Positions 24,958-35,186 of a DNA stretch of 40,000 nt are shown here, piece by piece. Position numbers and translations under genes: made by a program. Below the pieces are notes generated by a model, which saw only the letters and a list, made by a program, of their open reading frames with translations, did not search any database and had not been told where the DNA came from. The stretch is from Methylovorus sp. MM2 (GTDB taxonomy: Bacteria > Pseudomonadota > Gammaproteobacteria > Burkholderiales > Methylophilaceae): assembly GCF_001648895.1 (NCBI RefSeq), contig NZ_LXUF01000001.1:1059726-1099725 (forward strand), read 5' to 3'. The stretch's first letter is position 1, and each line of letters opens with the position of its first letter.

Positions 24958-25947
24958 ATGAATACGTCAAATATAGAGCCGCCTAAGCTGTTAGAGCAAG
25001 TGCGTGGAAAAATCCGGCTTAAGCATTACAGCATACGCACTGAGCAAGCTTATGTTGATTGGATTAAACGATACATTTTGCATTTTGACAAGCGGCACCC
25101 AAAAGACTTGGGGGCGGCAGAAGTGGAGCAGTTTTTAACGCACTTGGCGGTGCATGGAAAAGTCGCGGCATCCACACAAAATCAGGCAAAAAGTGCGCTG
25201 CTATTCTTGTATAAAGAGATTTTAGCGCTTGAGCTGCCTTGGTTGGATGATGTGGAACGCGCAAAAACGCCCAAGCGCTTGCCCGTGGTGCTTAGCCAAG
25301 CTGAAGTCCAGCAAATACTCTCGCATTTGGAAGGCACGCATCACCTGATTGTAAGTTTGCTTTATGGCACAGGCATGCGGATTATGGAGGCGTTGCGTTT
25401 GCGCGTGAAAGACATTGATTTTGCCCGCAAAGAGATTTTGATACGTGATGGCAAGGGTTATAAAGACCGCATTACGATGTTGCCGCTAAGTTTGATCGCG
25501 CCGCTGCAAGCGCATATCAAGCGCGTAAAAACTGTGCATGAAAAAGATTTGAATGATGGCTATGGTGCGGTCTATATGCCGTTTGCGCTGAACAAAAAAT
25601 ATCCATATGCAGCACGGGATTGGTCTTGGCAATACATATTTCCTTCTGGCAAGTTATCGGTTGATCCGCGTGCTACAGAAGAAGCGCCTGAAAGCCGACG
25701 CCACCATATTCAAGATCAGGCGATTCAACGTGCAGTGCGGCAGGCAGTGATGGACGCAGGCTTAACCAAACCCGCCACGCCGCATACGTTTCGTCATAGT
25801 TTTGCTACGCATTTGCTCGAAAGCGGCTATGATATTCGCACTGTGCAAGAGTTACTTGGGCATAGTGATGTGGCAACCACCATGATTTATACGCATGTAT
25901 TGAATAAAGGTGGTCGCGGGGTTGCCAGCCCATTGGATAATCTATGA
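24958..25947 (+). CDS. intI: integron integrase (tyrosine recombinase, IntI family)
   Basis: 329 aa. Catalytic residues in context ([18 protein letters not shown]; [12 protein letters not shown]; [13 protein letters not shown]). Carries the IntI-specific insertion between patches ([29 protein letters not shown]....RRHH). The C-terminus [14 protein letters not shown] is typical of IntI proteins. Confidence 0.92.
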   Translation: MNTSNIEPPKLLEQVRGKIRLKHYSIRTEQAYVDWIKRYILHFDKRHPKDLGAAEVEQFLTHLAVHGKVAASTQNQAKSALLFLYKEILALELPWLDDVERAKTPKRLPVVLSQAEVQQILSHLEGTHHLIVSLLYGTGMRIMEALRLRVKDIDFARKEILIRDGKGYKDRITMLPLSLIAPLQAHIKRVKTVHEKDLNDGYGAVYMPFALNKKYPYAARDWSWQYIFPSGKLSVDPRATEEAPESRRHHIQDQAIQRAVRQAVMDAGLTKPATPHTFRHSFATHLLESGYDIRTVQELLGHSDVATTMIYTHVLNKGGRGVASPLDNL

Positions 25948-27668
25948 GTCTACGGTTCCGTTTAAACTTACTGATCACCTTGATCTTGCTGCTATTTATG
26001 CTGGCGGTGGGGTTTGTCGTCATCAAGGGCATGAAAAGTACTACGCAAGAGGGCGTCGAATCCGCAACGCGGGTAACGATACAGCTACTTGATACGGTGA
26101 TCCTGAGTTCTTACCAGAATCCCGAATGGGGATATACGCATGAAGTCATGCACCGTTTTCTTCAATCACTTGGGCATGTGCGTAGTAATGAAATCACTTT
26201 GTCCGATTTACATGGCAACTTGATCTATCGATCCCCATCATCCAAATATCGGGAAGAAGAAACTCCACCACAGTGGTTCATTCACTTGCTGGCACCGGAG
26301 CAGGAGGTTGTGATCAGGCGCATTCGCTTTGGTTTGCTTGAAGTGGCTTCTAACCCCGGTGGTGCGATACGCGAGGCTTGGAGCAGGTTTACTTCATTGC
26401 TATGGATAGGGGCAGGGTTCTTTCTGGTGCTAAACATCGCGGTTTATTGGATGCTTGGGCGCTGGCTAAGGCCTATTCAGCCGATGCTTGAGGCGATCAG
26501 CAAAGTCGAGCAGGGTGATCTGACGACACGATTGCCCGACTTCAAATTGCCTGAGTTCTCACGCATGGCGCGAAACTTCAATCTCATGGGCGAATCTTTA
26601 CAGGCGAGTACTGAAGAAAGCCGTCGGCTTGCATTGATCGTTAAGCAGACTGCCGATGCCATCATGATTCATGATCTAAATGGCAATATCTCTTTCTGGA
26701 ACCCCGCCGCACAAAGGATGTTTGGCTATGGCCCGGAAGATATCATTGGAAAATCGGCAGCATTGCTCATACCGCAGGGAGCGGAGGACGAGTTGGCGCA
26801 GAATCTTGCGGTGATTGCGGGCAAGCGCCCGGTAGAGCAGTATGATACGCAACGGGTAGCACGTGATGGAAAGCTTAAGGATGTCTCGCTTTCAGCTGCG
26901 CCATTGATCGACCCGCATACGGATGAAGTGATTGGCGAGATATGCAGCATGCGCGATATCACTGAGCGTAAACAGGCGGAAGAAACCGCGCAGCAGCTAG
27001 AAGAAAATCGCCAGTTAACGTATTTGATTCAACGGCATATCGAAGATGAGCGCCGTAGCCTTGCGCGTGAATTGCATGACGAGCTAAGCCAGTACGTTAC
27101 AGCAATCAAGACTTTTGCGGTGGGTATCGCCAATAAGACCAAGACGCAGATGCCCGATATCGAGGCCAATGCACAAACTATCGTGGCTGCAGCGAATCAT
27201 ATCTATGATGGGATGCATAATATAGTTCGCCAATTACGCCCCGGCGCGCTTGATAATCTTGGATTGTCCGAGACCTTGCGAGATAGCGTGAATAGTTGGC
27301 AGGCGCAAAATCCTAAAATCAAGTTCACCCTACAGCTGTCTGAGAATTTCGATACGTTGGGCGAGACGCTGAATATCAATTTGTATCGTATTGTGCAGGA
27401 GGCAGTGACGAATGCGATTCGCCATGCGGAGGCCAGCGAGATCGATATCGCCTTATCCAGAGTCGAAGACACTGTACTTCAGTTGACGATTAAGGATAAT
27501 GGCTTGGGCATGAATATCTGTAATGTGGATCAGACGCAGCATTTTGGATTACTAGGTATGCGCGAACGCACGCAAGCTTTGCAGGGTAGTTTTACCGTAG
27601 ATTCGATGTTGCAACAGGGGACTTTGATCAAAGTGCTGGTTCCTGAAATAATCAATTCCCTGAAATAA
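25944..27668 (+). CDS. sensor histidine kinase (two TM helices with a periplasmic domain, HAMP, PAS, HisKA_3, HATPase_c)
   Basis: N-terminal [21 protein letters not shown] and second [25 protein letters not shown] region ([23 protein letters not shown]), H-box [11 protein letters not shown], and HATPase motifs ([22 protein letters not shown]). The start ATG overlaps the intI stop (ATGA). Confidence 0.85.
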   Translation: MSLRFRLNLLITLILLLFMLAVGFVVIKGMKSTTQEGVESATRVTIQLLDTVILSSYQNPEWGYTHEVMHRFLQSLGHVRSNEITLSDLHGNLIYRSPSSKYREEETPPQWFIHLLAPEQEVVIRRIRFGLLEVASNPGGAIREAWSRFTSLLWIGAGFFLVLNIAVYWMLGRWLRPIQPMLEAISKVEQGDLTTRLPDFKLPEFSRMARNFNLMGESLQASTEESRRLALIVKQTADAIMIHDLNGNISFWNPAAQRMFGYGPEDIIGKSAALLIPQGAEDELAQNLAVIAGKRPVEQYDTQRVARDGKLKDVSLSAAPLIDPHTDEVIGEICSMRDITERKQAEETAQQLEENRQLTYLIQRHIEDERRSLARELHDELSQYVTAIKTFAVGIANKTKTQMPDIEANAQTIVAAANHIYDGMHNIVRQLRPGALDNLGLSETLRDSVNSWQAQNPKIKFTLQLSENFDTLGETLNINLYRIVQEAVTNAIRHAEASEIDIALSRVEDTVLQLTIKDNGLGMNICNVDQTQHFGLLGMRERTQALQGSFTVDSMLQQGTLIKVLVPEIINSLK

Positions 27669-27700
27669 TTAGTTCAAAGTGATCAAATAGAAAGCATGCG

Positions 27701-28342
27701 ATGAGTGGTGTGATTAATGTGATGTTAGTAGATGACCATGCCGTGGTGCGTATGGGATTCAAGATGTTGCTCGAGTCTGCGCCTGACATCAAGGTGGTGG
27801 CCGAAGCTGAAAATGGCGAGCAAGGGGTGAAGATGTACATGGAGCATCACCCCGATGTGGTCGTGATGGATATCACCATGCCAGGAATCGGCGGTTTGGA
27901 GGCAATCGAACGCATCATGGCGAAAGATAGTCATGCGCGCCTGCTCGTACTTTCAGCGCATGAAGATTCCGTACACCCTAAACGCGTGTTGAATGCAGGG
28001 GCACTCGGCTATCTGACTAAGCGCAGTGCAGCTGAAGAGTTAATAAAAGCAATTCGTACTGTCGCAGGCAGAAAACGATATCTTGAGGCAAGCATTGCCC
28101 AGCAAATGGCGATTCAGCAACTCTCCGGTGAGACGAATCCGGTAGATGTGCTGTCTGATCGTGAGTTTGAGGTGTTTATGGCCTTGGCAAAAGGCAAGAC
28201 TACCAATGATATTGCTGAGACACTGAGTCTATCGCCGCGCACTGTGGGTACGCACTTGTATAACATCAAACAGAAACTCAATGCCAATAATTCTGCTGAG
28301 ATCGCACTTATTGCGATGCGGTCAGGCCTGATAGACCCTTAG
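27701..28342 (+). CDS. NarL/FixJ (LuxR C-terminal HTH) family response regulator, UvrY/GacA-like
   Basis: Receiver domain (VMLVDDHAVVRMG, VVVMDITMPGIGG) and LuxR HTH (LSDREFEVFMALAKGKTTNDIAETLSLSPRTVGTHLYNIKQKL). Confidence 0.9.
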   Translation: MSGVINVMLVDDHAVVRMGFKMLLESAPDIKVVAEAENGEQGVKMYMEHHPDVVVMDITMPGIGGLEAIERIMAKDSHARLLVLSAHEDSVHPKRVLNAGALGYLTKRSAAEELIKAIRTVAGRKRYLEASIAQQMAIQQLSGETNPVDVLSDREFEVFMALAKGKTTNDIAETLSLSPRTVGTHLYNIKQKLNANNSAEIALIAMRSGLIDP

Positions 28343-29007
28343 TTAGAGGCCAGATATCGTGCGATACTGATTTCGCCTGCGCCCGCAATTTCGACTACAG
28401 TATGTGAACCGCTACGTATCTTGCCGAAATCAGGCGGTATCAAAAAGATCACTTGCTTGTTGTTCTCACCGTTCAATGCGCCACTAGCCATTTGCCAGCG
28501 AGCCCATTCATTTTCCGGTGGTAAGCTTGTAGCGCCCATCAGGCGTGCTTTTTCAAGGATCGCCTGTTTCTCTTCTCCAAGTATCATGCCCCACACCTCA
28601 ACTTGTACAAGCTGATTTCCCTGGATTAACCCTGCGGGATAACTGTTTGCTGCGATATCCCGCGTTGGCCTGATCATTTTGATCGGTGGTTGCTCTGCTT
28701 CTGCTTTATTGGCAGCAGCATCTTCAATTGGCTGAACGGTTCTGAACCCAGAGGTGACAAATACTGCCCAATATTCATCCGGCACGGTATCTTTCAATTC
28801 CACATGCTGATAACGATTCTCTTCTGCCTGCTTTAACAGTCTTGCGTCATAGGCATCTGATATCTTCTGGTCAGCAACGTGTGAAATGATCGATGACGCG
28901 ACTTGCTGCGCGATGCTGCCACCCATACAGCCTGATAGCGGTACCATAGGCAATAAGACCCAATATTTTTTCAGATCCCAATATTTTTTCAGATCAAGTC
29001 TAGCCAT
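28339..29007 (-). CDS. lipoprotein of unknown function
   Basis: Lipobox LSGC after a basic N-region. The N-region contains an in-frame 18-bp tandem duplication (DLKKYW twice). Convergent with the response regulator gene and overlaps it by 4 bp. Confidence 0.6.
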   Translation of the reverse strand: MARLDLKKYWDLKKYWVLLPMVPLSGCMGGSIAQQVASSIISHVADQKISDAYDARLLKQAEENRYQHVELKDTVPDEYWAVFVTSGFRTVQPIEDAAANKAEAEQPPIKMIRPTRDIAANSYPAGLIQGNQLVQVEVWGMILGEEKQAILEKARLMGATSLPPENEWARWQMASGALNGENNKQVIFLIPPDFGKIRSGSHTVVEIAGAGEISIARYLASN

Positions 29008-29152
29008 GATGCGTAAACGGAAGGTTGCGTTATTAACGCGGGAAGGTAAGCGTATGCCTTCCCTAAGCCCTTGTCTACTAAAAGTAAATCTTTATGTAAG
29101 GGTGACAAAAATCGTCACAGAAATAACCACTTTACAATAGCCGCTTTTATGA

Positions 29153-30022
29153 TTAACGCGCAGCCGCTTTAACGCTGATGATGCCACTGATGATAATGAG
29201 GCCGATGGCTAACCAGCTATCGAAAGACAAAGTCTCACCCCATAGAACGATACCAAACAAGCTAGCTAGTACGACGGTGGTGTAGGCTAGGCTACCAACG
29301 ACCAGCGGATGCCCTGTGCGATATGCGCGCGTCAAGGCAAGTTGGGCGATAGTGGCTACCAATCCCAAGCTTAGAAGCAATAATGCATCTAAGCCATCAA
29401 TAGGCGTAAACCGATGTAGCAGCATCCATAAAGCCCCGCCTATCGTGCAGACTAGTGTGAAATAAAATACGGTGCGCCAGTCAGGCTCGCCTGCACGCCC
29501 AAGCTGCGCTACATGAATGTACACGATGCCTGCCAGAATGCCAGAGCACAGGCCTAGTGCCCCGGCGATCAGTTGATCAATATGTAATGTTGGTTTTAGC
29601 AGCAATGTTACGCCGATGAACCCCAGAATGATGGCCGCAAATAGTATCTTTTTTGGCCGTTGGTTTAAGAAGAACGGCGTCAAGCTGGCCATAAACAATG
29701 GCGATGTGTAATTGAGTGTCACGGCTGTAGCGAGTGGTAATTCGCTTATCGCGTAAAAGAATAACAATAGGGAGATAAAGCCTAATACTGCGCGCCACAT
29801 ATGCTTGCTGAGTAAAGGCGTTGCTAGCGGTAATCTGCGAATACGTGTCAGTGCGTAGATGAAGACCAGACCGAAGAGTGAGCGATAGAAAACCAGCTCA
29901 GCGGCACTGAATTTTTGCGCGCCTATCTTGACCAATACGCCCATGATGGCAAAAAAGAATGCTGCGACCAGCATCCATAAGCTACCGAGTTTTGCGTCTT
30001 TCAGTTTTGTGAGAATGCTCAC
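29153..30022 (-). CDS. EamA/DMT-family transporter
   Basis: 289 aa with about 10 hydrophobic helices in two halves, as expected for duplicated EamA domains. The GTG start overlaps the upstream Rieske gene stop (GTGA). Confidence 0.8.
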   Translation of the reverse strand: MSILTKLKDAKLGSLWMLVAAFFFAIMGVLVKIGAQKFSAAELVFYRSLFGLVFIYALTRIRRLPLATPLLSKHMWRAVLGFISLLLFFYAISELPLATAVTLNYTSPLFMASLTPFFLNQRPKKILFAAIILGFIGVTLLLKPTLHIDQLIAGALGLCSGILAGIVYIHVAQLGRAGEPDWRTVFYFTLVCTIGGALWMLLHRFTPIDGLDALLLLSLGLVATIAQLALTRAYRTGHPLVVGSLAYTTVVLASLFGIVLWGETLSFDSWLAIGLIIISGIISVKAAAR

Positions 30023-31125
30023 AGATGTGGTTCTAGCTGCTTACGCATCCAGATATGAAAATGTTCCAAGCCTGTTTCCATGGGGTGTTGATATGGGCCG
30101 CGCTCATCGACACCTAACGCGTACAACGCTTTACGGCCATCATGCATGCGCTGACAAATCTCTTTATCTTCAACCGCGGTTTCATTGTAAGCGGCTTGTT
30201 GTGCTTCAACAAATGCGCGTTCAAATAAAGCGATATCTTCAGGATAATAGAACTCAACCACATTCGTGCAAGCATCTGTACCACGGGGGATGATATGTGA
30301 AACAACCAATACGTTGGGATACCATTCAATCATCAAAAACGGGTAATACACCATCCAGATCGCGCCATGTTTGGGCGTTTTATTGTTGCCGTATTGCAAT
30401 ACCTGCTCTTGCCATTGCTGATAGATAGGTGAGCCCGATTTCCCTAGTGATTGATTAACACCAATGGTCTGCACGCTGTAGTTCTCGCCAAACTCCCATT
30501 CGAGTTGTTTACAGTCAACGAACTTGCCTAATCCTGGGTGGAAAGGGCCTACATGGTAGTCTTCCAGATAGACTTCGATAAATGTTTTCCAGTTGAAATC
30601 GTATTCCTCGACCATCACTTTATCCAGCATGTAGCCAGTAAAATCAAAATCCTGCTTACAACCAAGCTGGGCAAGTTCTTTTGATATATCGCGTGAGCTA
30701 TCGAATAGCAGGCCGTTCCAGTTTTTGAGGGTAGTCTTATTCAGATGCAGGCATGGGTTCTCTTCAAAATGTGGCGCACCCAGCAACTCGCCTTGCAGGT
30801 TATAAGTCCATCTATGCAAAGGGCATACGATATGCTTCGTTTGCCCGCGGCCATTCAACATGATGGCTTGCCTGTGACGGCAAACATTGCTGACCAAAGA
30901 GACTTGCTTGCCGTTATTTACAAGTGCTTTCGCTTGCTGCATCCAATCCAGTGTATGGTAATCACCCTGATTTGGTACCATGCGCTCATGACCAACGTAT
31001 TGCGGCGCATTGGCGAATAATACTTTTTGTTCTAAAGCGTAAATATTTGGGTCTGCGTACCACGAGACGGGGAGCTGCGGTAACGATGGTCTTTTCAGCG
31101 CGGTAACGGATGCCAATGAAATCAT
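30019..31125 (-). CDS. Rieske [2Fe-2S] non-haem-iron oxygenase, alpha-subunit-like
   Basis: Rieske motif CRHRQAIM...(17 aa)...CPLHRWTY, followed by a catalytic-domain-sized C-terminus containing E.YLEDYHVGPFH. Confidence 0.8.
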   Translation of the reverse strand: MISLASVTALKRPSLPQLPVSWYADPNIYALEQKVLFANAPQYVGHERMVPNQGDYHTLDWMQQAKALVNNGKQVSLVSNVCRHRQAIMLNGRGQTKHIVCPLHRWTYNLQGELLGAPHFEENPCLHLNKTTLKNWNGLLFDSSRDISKELAQLGCKQDFDFTGYMLDKVMVEEYDFNWKTFIEVYLEDYHVGPFHPGLGKFVDCKQLEWEFGENYSVQTIGVNQSLGKSGSPIYQQWQEQVLQYGNNKTPKHGAIWMVYYPFLMIEWYPNVLVVSHIIPRGTDACTNVVEFYYPEDIALFERAFVEAQQAAYNETAVEDKEICQRMHDGRKALYALGVDERGPYQHPMETGLEHFHIWMRKQLEPHL

Positions 31126-31250
31126 AAGAAGAAACTATTTAAGCGTGTGATCTACAGAGGGAATGGCTGATTCCAGTATTAAATCAGCATAGCCTTTAAA
31201 GCCAAATCGGCGTGAAGCTGGAATTTTGCCCTAACCGGATTTTTTTTCAA

Positions 31251-31269
31251 GCATATTTTATAATTATGC
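31251..31269. promoter_or_regulatory. AT-rich imperfect palindrome, possible ARG-box-like operator upstream of argD
   Basis: gcatattttataattatgc (GCATA-N9-TATGC) lies about 170 bp upstream of argD, in the divergent region shared with the Rieske gene. Its resemblance to ArgR operators (AT-rich 18-bp palindromes) is only qualitative. Confidence 0.25.
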
Positions 31270-31436
31270 GTATTTTGAAATAACCGTGCAGGCTTGTGTT
31301 GGCAGTGTTTCAAGCGGGTTTTTCCTTGCTAAATTCCTTGTTTTAAGATACCCTCCACACTCTTGATGCAAAACGATTTTTTAACTGTAGACGGTGGCAT
31401 TGGCCGCCGTTTCTGTTTTTAACTTTAGAGTAAAAA

Positions 31437-32618
31437 ATGTCGCAACATTTAATGAATACTTACGCTAGGCAACCAGTCACCTTTGTTAAAGGTGAGGGTG
31501 CGTGGTTATGGGATGCGCAAGGTAATAAGTACCTTGATGGTTTGGCTGGCGTTGCTGTCAACGGTTTGGGGCATGCGCACCCAAAACTGGTTAAGGCAAT
31601 TAGCGAACAGGCTGCAAGATTGATCCATGTGTCTAATCTGTATGAGATCGCGGAGCAATCTGCGCTTGCAGATAAGCTTTGTGCGATTGCCGGTATGGAC
31701 CGCGTGTTCTTTAGTAATTCCGGCTGCGAAGCCAATGAGGCCGCAATCAAGCTTGCGCGCCTGTATGGGCATCAAAAAGGGATAGAGAACCCTGAGATCA
31801 TCGTGATGGATAAGGCTTTTCATGGCCGTACTTTAGCTACGTTGTCAGCAACAGGTAACCGCAAGACGCAGGCAGGCTTTGAGCCTCTGGTTAGCGGTTT
31901 TGTGCGTGTGCCGTTTGATGATCTTCAAGCAGTTAAGCAAGTTGCTGCACATAACCCCAACGTGGTGGCGATTTTGGTCGAGCCCATACAAGGTGAGGGC
32001 GGCGTCAATATCCCTCAGGATGTAAAAGCATACCTAGAAGGCTTGCGCGATATATGTAATGAAAAAGGCTGGCTGCTGATGCTCGATGAAGTGCAGAGTG
32101 GCATTGGTCGCACTGGCGAGTGGTTCGCCTTTCAGCACACAAGTATCACACCGGACGTGATGACTTTGGCCAAGGGCTTGGGCTCAGGCGTGCCTATCGG
32201 CGCCTGTGTCGCGCTGGGTGCAGCAGCGGATGTATTTACTTATGGCAAGCATGGCTCTACCTTTGGTGGTAATCCATTGGCTACAGCGGCTGGTTTGGCT
32301 ACGCTGAATATCATCGAAGAAGAAGGTCTGCGTGCCCATGCCGATCAGCTAGGTGCGTGGATTAATCATGCGCTTAGTGGGCAACTTGCCGATGTGAACG
32401 GTGTTGTGAAGATACGTAATGCTGGCTTAATGGTCGGTATCGAACTTGACCGCCCATGTGCTGAGCTCGTCAAACAGGCCCTTGAGGCAAAGTTGCTGAT
32501 TAACGTCACTGCCGATAAAGTGGTGCGCTTATTACCGCCGCTTGTGCTGACGCAGGACGATGCCAAGCATCTAGTGGATACCCTTGTTGGGCTCATTAAG
32601 AAATTCTTGAGTCAATAA
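31437..32618 (+). CDS. argD: acetylornithine aminotransferase (class III PLP aminotransferase)
   Basis: 393 aa. SNSGCEANEAAIKLAR, LMLDEVQSGIGRTGEWFA and the PLP lysine context DVMTLAKGLGSG. Lies beside argF and argG. Confidence 0.85.
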   Translation: MSQHLMNTYARQPVTFVKGEGAWLWDAQGNKYLDGLAGVAVNGLGHAHPKLVKAISEQAARLIHVSNLYEIAEQSALADKLCAIAGMDRVFFSNSGCEANEAAIKLARLYGHQKGIENPEIIVMDKAFHGRTLATLSATGNRKTQAGFEPLVSGFVRVPFDDLQAVKQVAAHNPNVVAILVEPIQGEGGVNIPQDVKAYLEGLRDICNEKGWLLMLDEVQSGIGRTGEWFAFQHTSITPDVMTLAKGLGSGVPIGACVALGAAADVFTYGKHGSTFGGNPLATAAGLATLNIIEEEGLRAHADQLGAWINHALSGQLADVNGVVKIRNAGLMVGIELDRPCAELVKQALEAKLLINVTADKVVRLLPPLVLTQDDAKHLVDTLVGLIKKFLSQ

Positions 32619-32650
32619 TTCTGGCCTGTAATTAAATTTAGCTGAAAAAT

Positions 32651-33571
32651 ATGGCGATCAAACATTTTCTGCAATTTAAAGACTTGGCGCGAGATGAGCT
32701 CGAGCATGTGTTTGCGCGCGCGCTGTGGATCAAAAATCAGTTCAAGTCCTACCAGCAATACTGGCCTTTATCTGACCGCACATTGGTAATGATTTTTGAA
32801 AAAGCCAGTACGCGCACTCGCCTGTCGTTTGAAGCCGGTATACAGCAACTAGGTGGTTCGGCGATCTACCTGAATACCCGCGATTCGCAATTGGGGCGCG
32901 GCGAGCCGGTTGAAGATGCTGCACAAGTGATTTCCCGCATGAGCGATATCGTGATGATTCGTACATTCGAGCAGGAGATCATCGAGCGTTTTGCTGCTAA
33001 CTCGCGTGTGCCGGTAATCAATGGGCTAACTAACGAATATCATCCCTGCCAGATATTGGCGGATATTTTGACTTTTATCGAGCATCGTGGCCCGATTCAA
33101 GGGAAGACAGTTGCCTGGATAGGCGACTCTAATAACGTCTGTAATACATGGCTTCAGGCAGCAGAAGTGCTTGATTTTAATGTGCATGTATCCACCCCGC
33201 CGGGATATGAAGTTGAGCCTGAGCGTGCTGGTTTATACGGGCATGCGCATTATGAAGAGTTCGCTGATCCGATGGAAGCTGCGCGTGATGCCGATATGGT
33301 CACTACCGATGTTTGGACGTCGATGGGCTTTGAGGCTGAAAATGAAGAGCGCATGCGTGACTTTGCTGATTGGCAAGTCGATGCCGACATGATGCGTATC
33401 GCAAAACCAGATTCTCTATTCATGCATTGCCTGCCAGCCCACCGTGGTGAAGAGGTGGCTGCTGAAGTGATTGATGGCCCGCATTCCGTGGTGTGGGATG
33501 AAGCTGAAAATCGACTGCATGTGCAGAAAGCATTGATGGAGTATTTATTGTTGGGGTATGTTTCAGCCTAA
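32651..33571 (+). CDS. argF: ornithine carbamoyltransferase
   Basis: STRTRLSFE, the HPCQ motif (EYHPCQILADI) and HCLPAHRGEE. 306 aa. Confidence 0.9.
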   Translation: MAIKHFLQFKDLARDELEHVFARALWIKNQFKSYQQYWPLSDRTLVMIFEKASTRTRLSFEAGIQQLGGSAIYLNTRDSQLGRGEPVEDAAQVISRMSDIVMIRTFEQEIIERFAANSRVPVINGLTNEYHPCQILADILTFIEHRGPIQGKTVAWIGDSNNVCNTWLQAAEVLDFNVHVSTPPGYEVEPERAGLYGHAHYEEFADPMEAARDADMVTTDVWTSMGFEAENEERMRDFADWQVDADMMRIAKPDSLFMHCLPAHRGEEVAAEVIDGPHSVVWDEAENRLHVQKALMEYLLLGYVSA

Positions 33572-33582
33572 CAGGCAACCTT

Positions 33583-33888
33583 GTGATGGAATCTAAAGAG
33601 CTTTCAAATCACATCCTACCTGTAGCCTCTACGATGGTAGGTGTTTGTGTGACGGTTATTTCCGTTATTCAACTGGCGCCGGATAAAGCGATCTCAAGCT
33701 GGGCAGATAAATTGCTGGCGATAGACAGTCTGGCTTTTATGGCGAGTACGTTTTTATCGTACTGGTCTATTCGCCACAAGGACAAGCTATTAAACATCGA
33801 GCGCTATGCAGATCGGCTATTTTTGCTGGGTATGGTGATCATGGTATTTGTGAGTTTTCTAGTAGCTTTCGAGCTATTTGCAGATTAA
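33583..33888 (+). CDS. small three-TM membrane protein, unknown function
   Basis: 101 aa (GTG at 33583 or ATG at 33586) with three hydrophobic helices. Sits between argF and argG. Confidence 0.5.
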   Translation: MMESKELSNHILPVASTMVGVCVTVISVIQLAPDKAISSWADKLLAIDSLAFMASTFLSYWSIRHKDKLLNIERYADRLFLLGMVIMVFVSFLVAFELFAD

Positions 33889-33932
33889 GTTTGAGTGTTG
33901 ATAAAGATTAAGCGAAAAAGGGAATTGAAGTA

Positions 33933-35156
33933 ATGAGCGATGTAAAGAAAGTAGTACTGGCTTATTCGGGCGGATTAGATACTTCCGTCATCCTGAAATG
34001 GCTGCAAGACGTCTATCAATGTGAGGTCGTGACTTTTACCGCTGATATCGGTCAAGGTGAAGAGCTTGAGCCGGCGCGCGAAAAAGCCAAAAAATTTGGT
34101 GTAAAAGAGATTTACATTGATGACTTGCGTGAAGAGTTCGTGCGTGATTTCGTATTCCCGATGTTTCGCGCCAATACCGTTTACGAAGGTGAATACCTGC
34201 TAGGCACTTCTATCGCTCGCCCATTGATCGCAAAACGCTTGATCGAGATCGCAAGTGAAACCAATGCTGACGCTATCTCACATGGTGCTACTGGTAAAGG
34301 TAACGATCAAGTACGTTTCGAGCTGGGTGCTTATGCGCTTAACCCTAACATCCAGATCATCGCACCGTGGCGGGAGTGGGATCTGTTAAGCCGTGAAAAA
34401 TTATTGGGTTATGCCGAAAAAAATGGCATTCCTGTCGAGATGAAACATAAGCAAGGCGGTAGCCCATACAGTATGGATGCCAATCTGCTGCATATCTCTT
34501 ACGAGGGCCGCCATCTTGAGAATCCTGCTGCTGAAGCAGAGGAAGATATGTGGCGCTGGACAGTTTCGCCAGAAAAAGCGCCAGATGCAGCAGAGTATCT
34601 GGATATTGAATATGAACATGGCGATCCGGTTGCCTTGAATGGCAAGCGATTGCCTCCACATGCATTATTAGCTGAGCTGAATCGTCTAGGTGGCAAGCAT
34701 GGCATTGGCCGTCTTGATCTGGTCGAAAACCGTTATGTAGGCATGAAGTCCCGTGGTTGTTACGAGACACCGGGCGGCACTATTTTGTTGAGAGCACACC
34801 GTGCAATTGAGTCTATTACGTTGGATCGTGAAGTCGCGCATCTTAAAGATGACCTGATGCCGCGTTACGCTAGCATGATCTATAACGGTTACTGGTGGAG
34901 CCCCGAGCGTTTGACATTACAAACACTGATCGACCAGACACAACATACAGTGAATGGTTGGGTGCGCCTCAAACTGTATAAAGGCAATGTGATTGTCACA
35001 GGGCGCGATAGTAAAACCGATTCGCTGTTCGACCCAACGATCGCCACTTTTGAAGATGATAAAGGTGCATACGACCAAAAAGATGCAGGTGGATTCATCA
35101 AGCTCAATGCCCTACGTATGCGTATTGCGGCAAATTTGAGAAACAAGAACAAGTAG
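33933..35156 (+). CDS. argG: argininosuccinate synthase
   Basis: [11 protein letters not shown]-loop-like motif, [16 protein letters not shown] and [19 protein letters not shown]. 407 aa. Confidence 0.95.
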   Translation: MSDVKKVVLAYSGGLDTSVILKWLQDVYQCEVVTFTADIGQGEELEPAREKAKKFGVKEIYIDDLREEFVRDFVFPMFRANTVYEGEYLLGTSIARPLIAKRLIEIASETNADAISHGATGKGNDQVRFELGAYALNPNIQIIAPWREWDLLSREKLLGYAEKNGIPVEMKHKQGGSPYSMDANLLHISYEGRHLENPAAEAEEDMWRWTVSPEKAPDAAEYLDIEYEHGDPVALNGKRLPPHALLAELNRLGGKHGIGRLDLVENRYVGMKSRGCYETPGGTILLRAHRAIESITLDREVAHLKDDLMPRYASMIYNGYWWSPERLTLQTLIDQTQHTVNGWVRLKLYKGNVIVTGRDSKTDSLFDPTIATFEDDKGAYDQKDAGGFIKLNALRMRIAANLRNKNK

Positions 35157-35186
35157 TCACCTAATATAGTTAGAGGAGAAGCTCAA

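Larger units (their letters stand above)
18906..25947 (-). mobile_element. chromosomal integron: intI, attI and a 13-cassette array (the cassettes read on the minus strand)
   Basis: The integron integrase gene is divergent from a run of co-oriented small ORFs. Each ORF is bounded by a 58-63 bp imperfect palindromic repeat flanked by RYYYAAC ... GTTRRRY core sites. The same core (GTTAGAG on the minus strand) occurs once more at 24826-24832, next to intI, and is the attI crossover. The left limit is uncertain (19002 or 18906). Confidence 0.9.
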
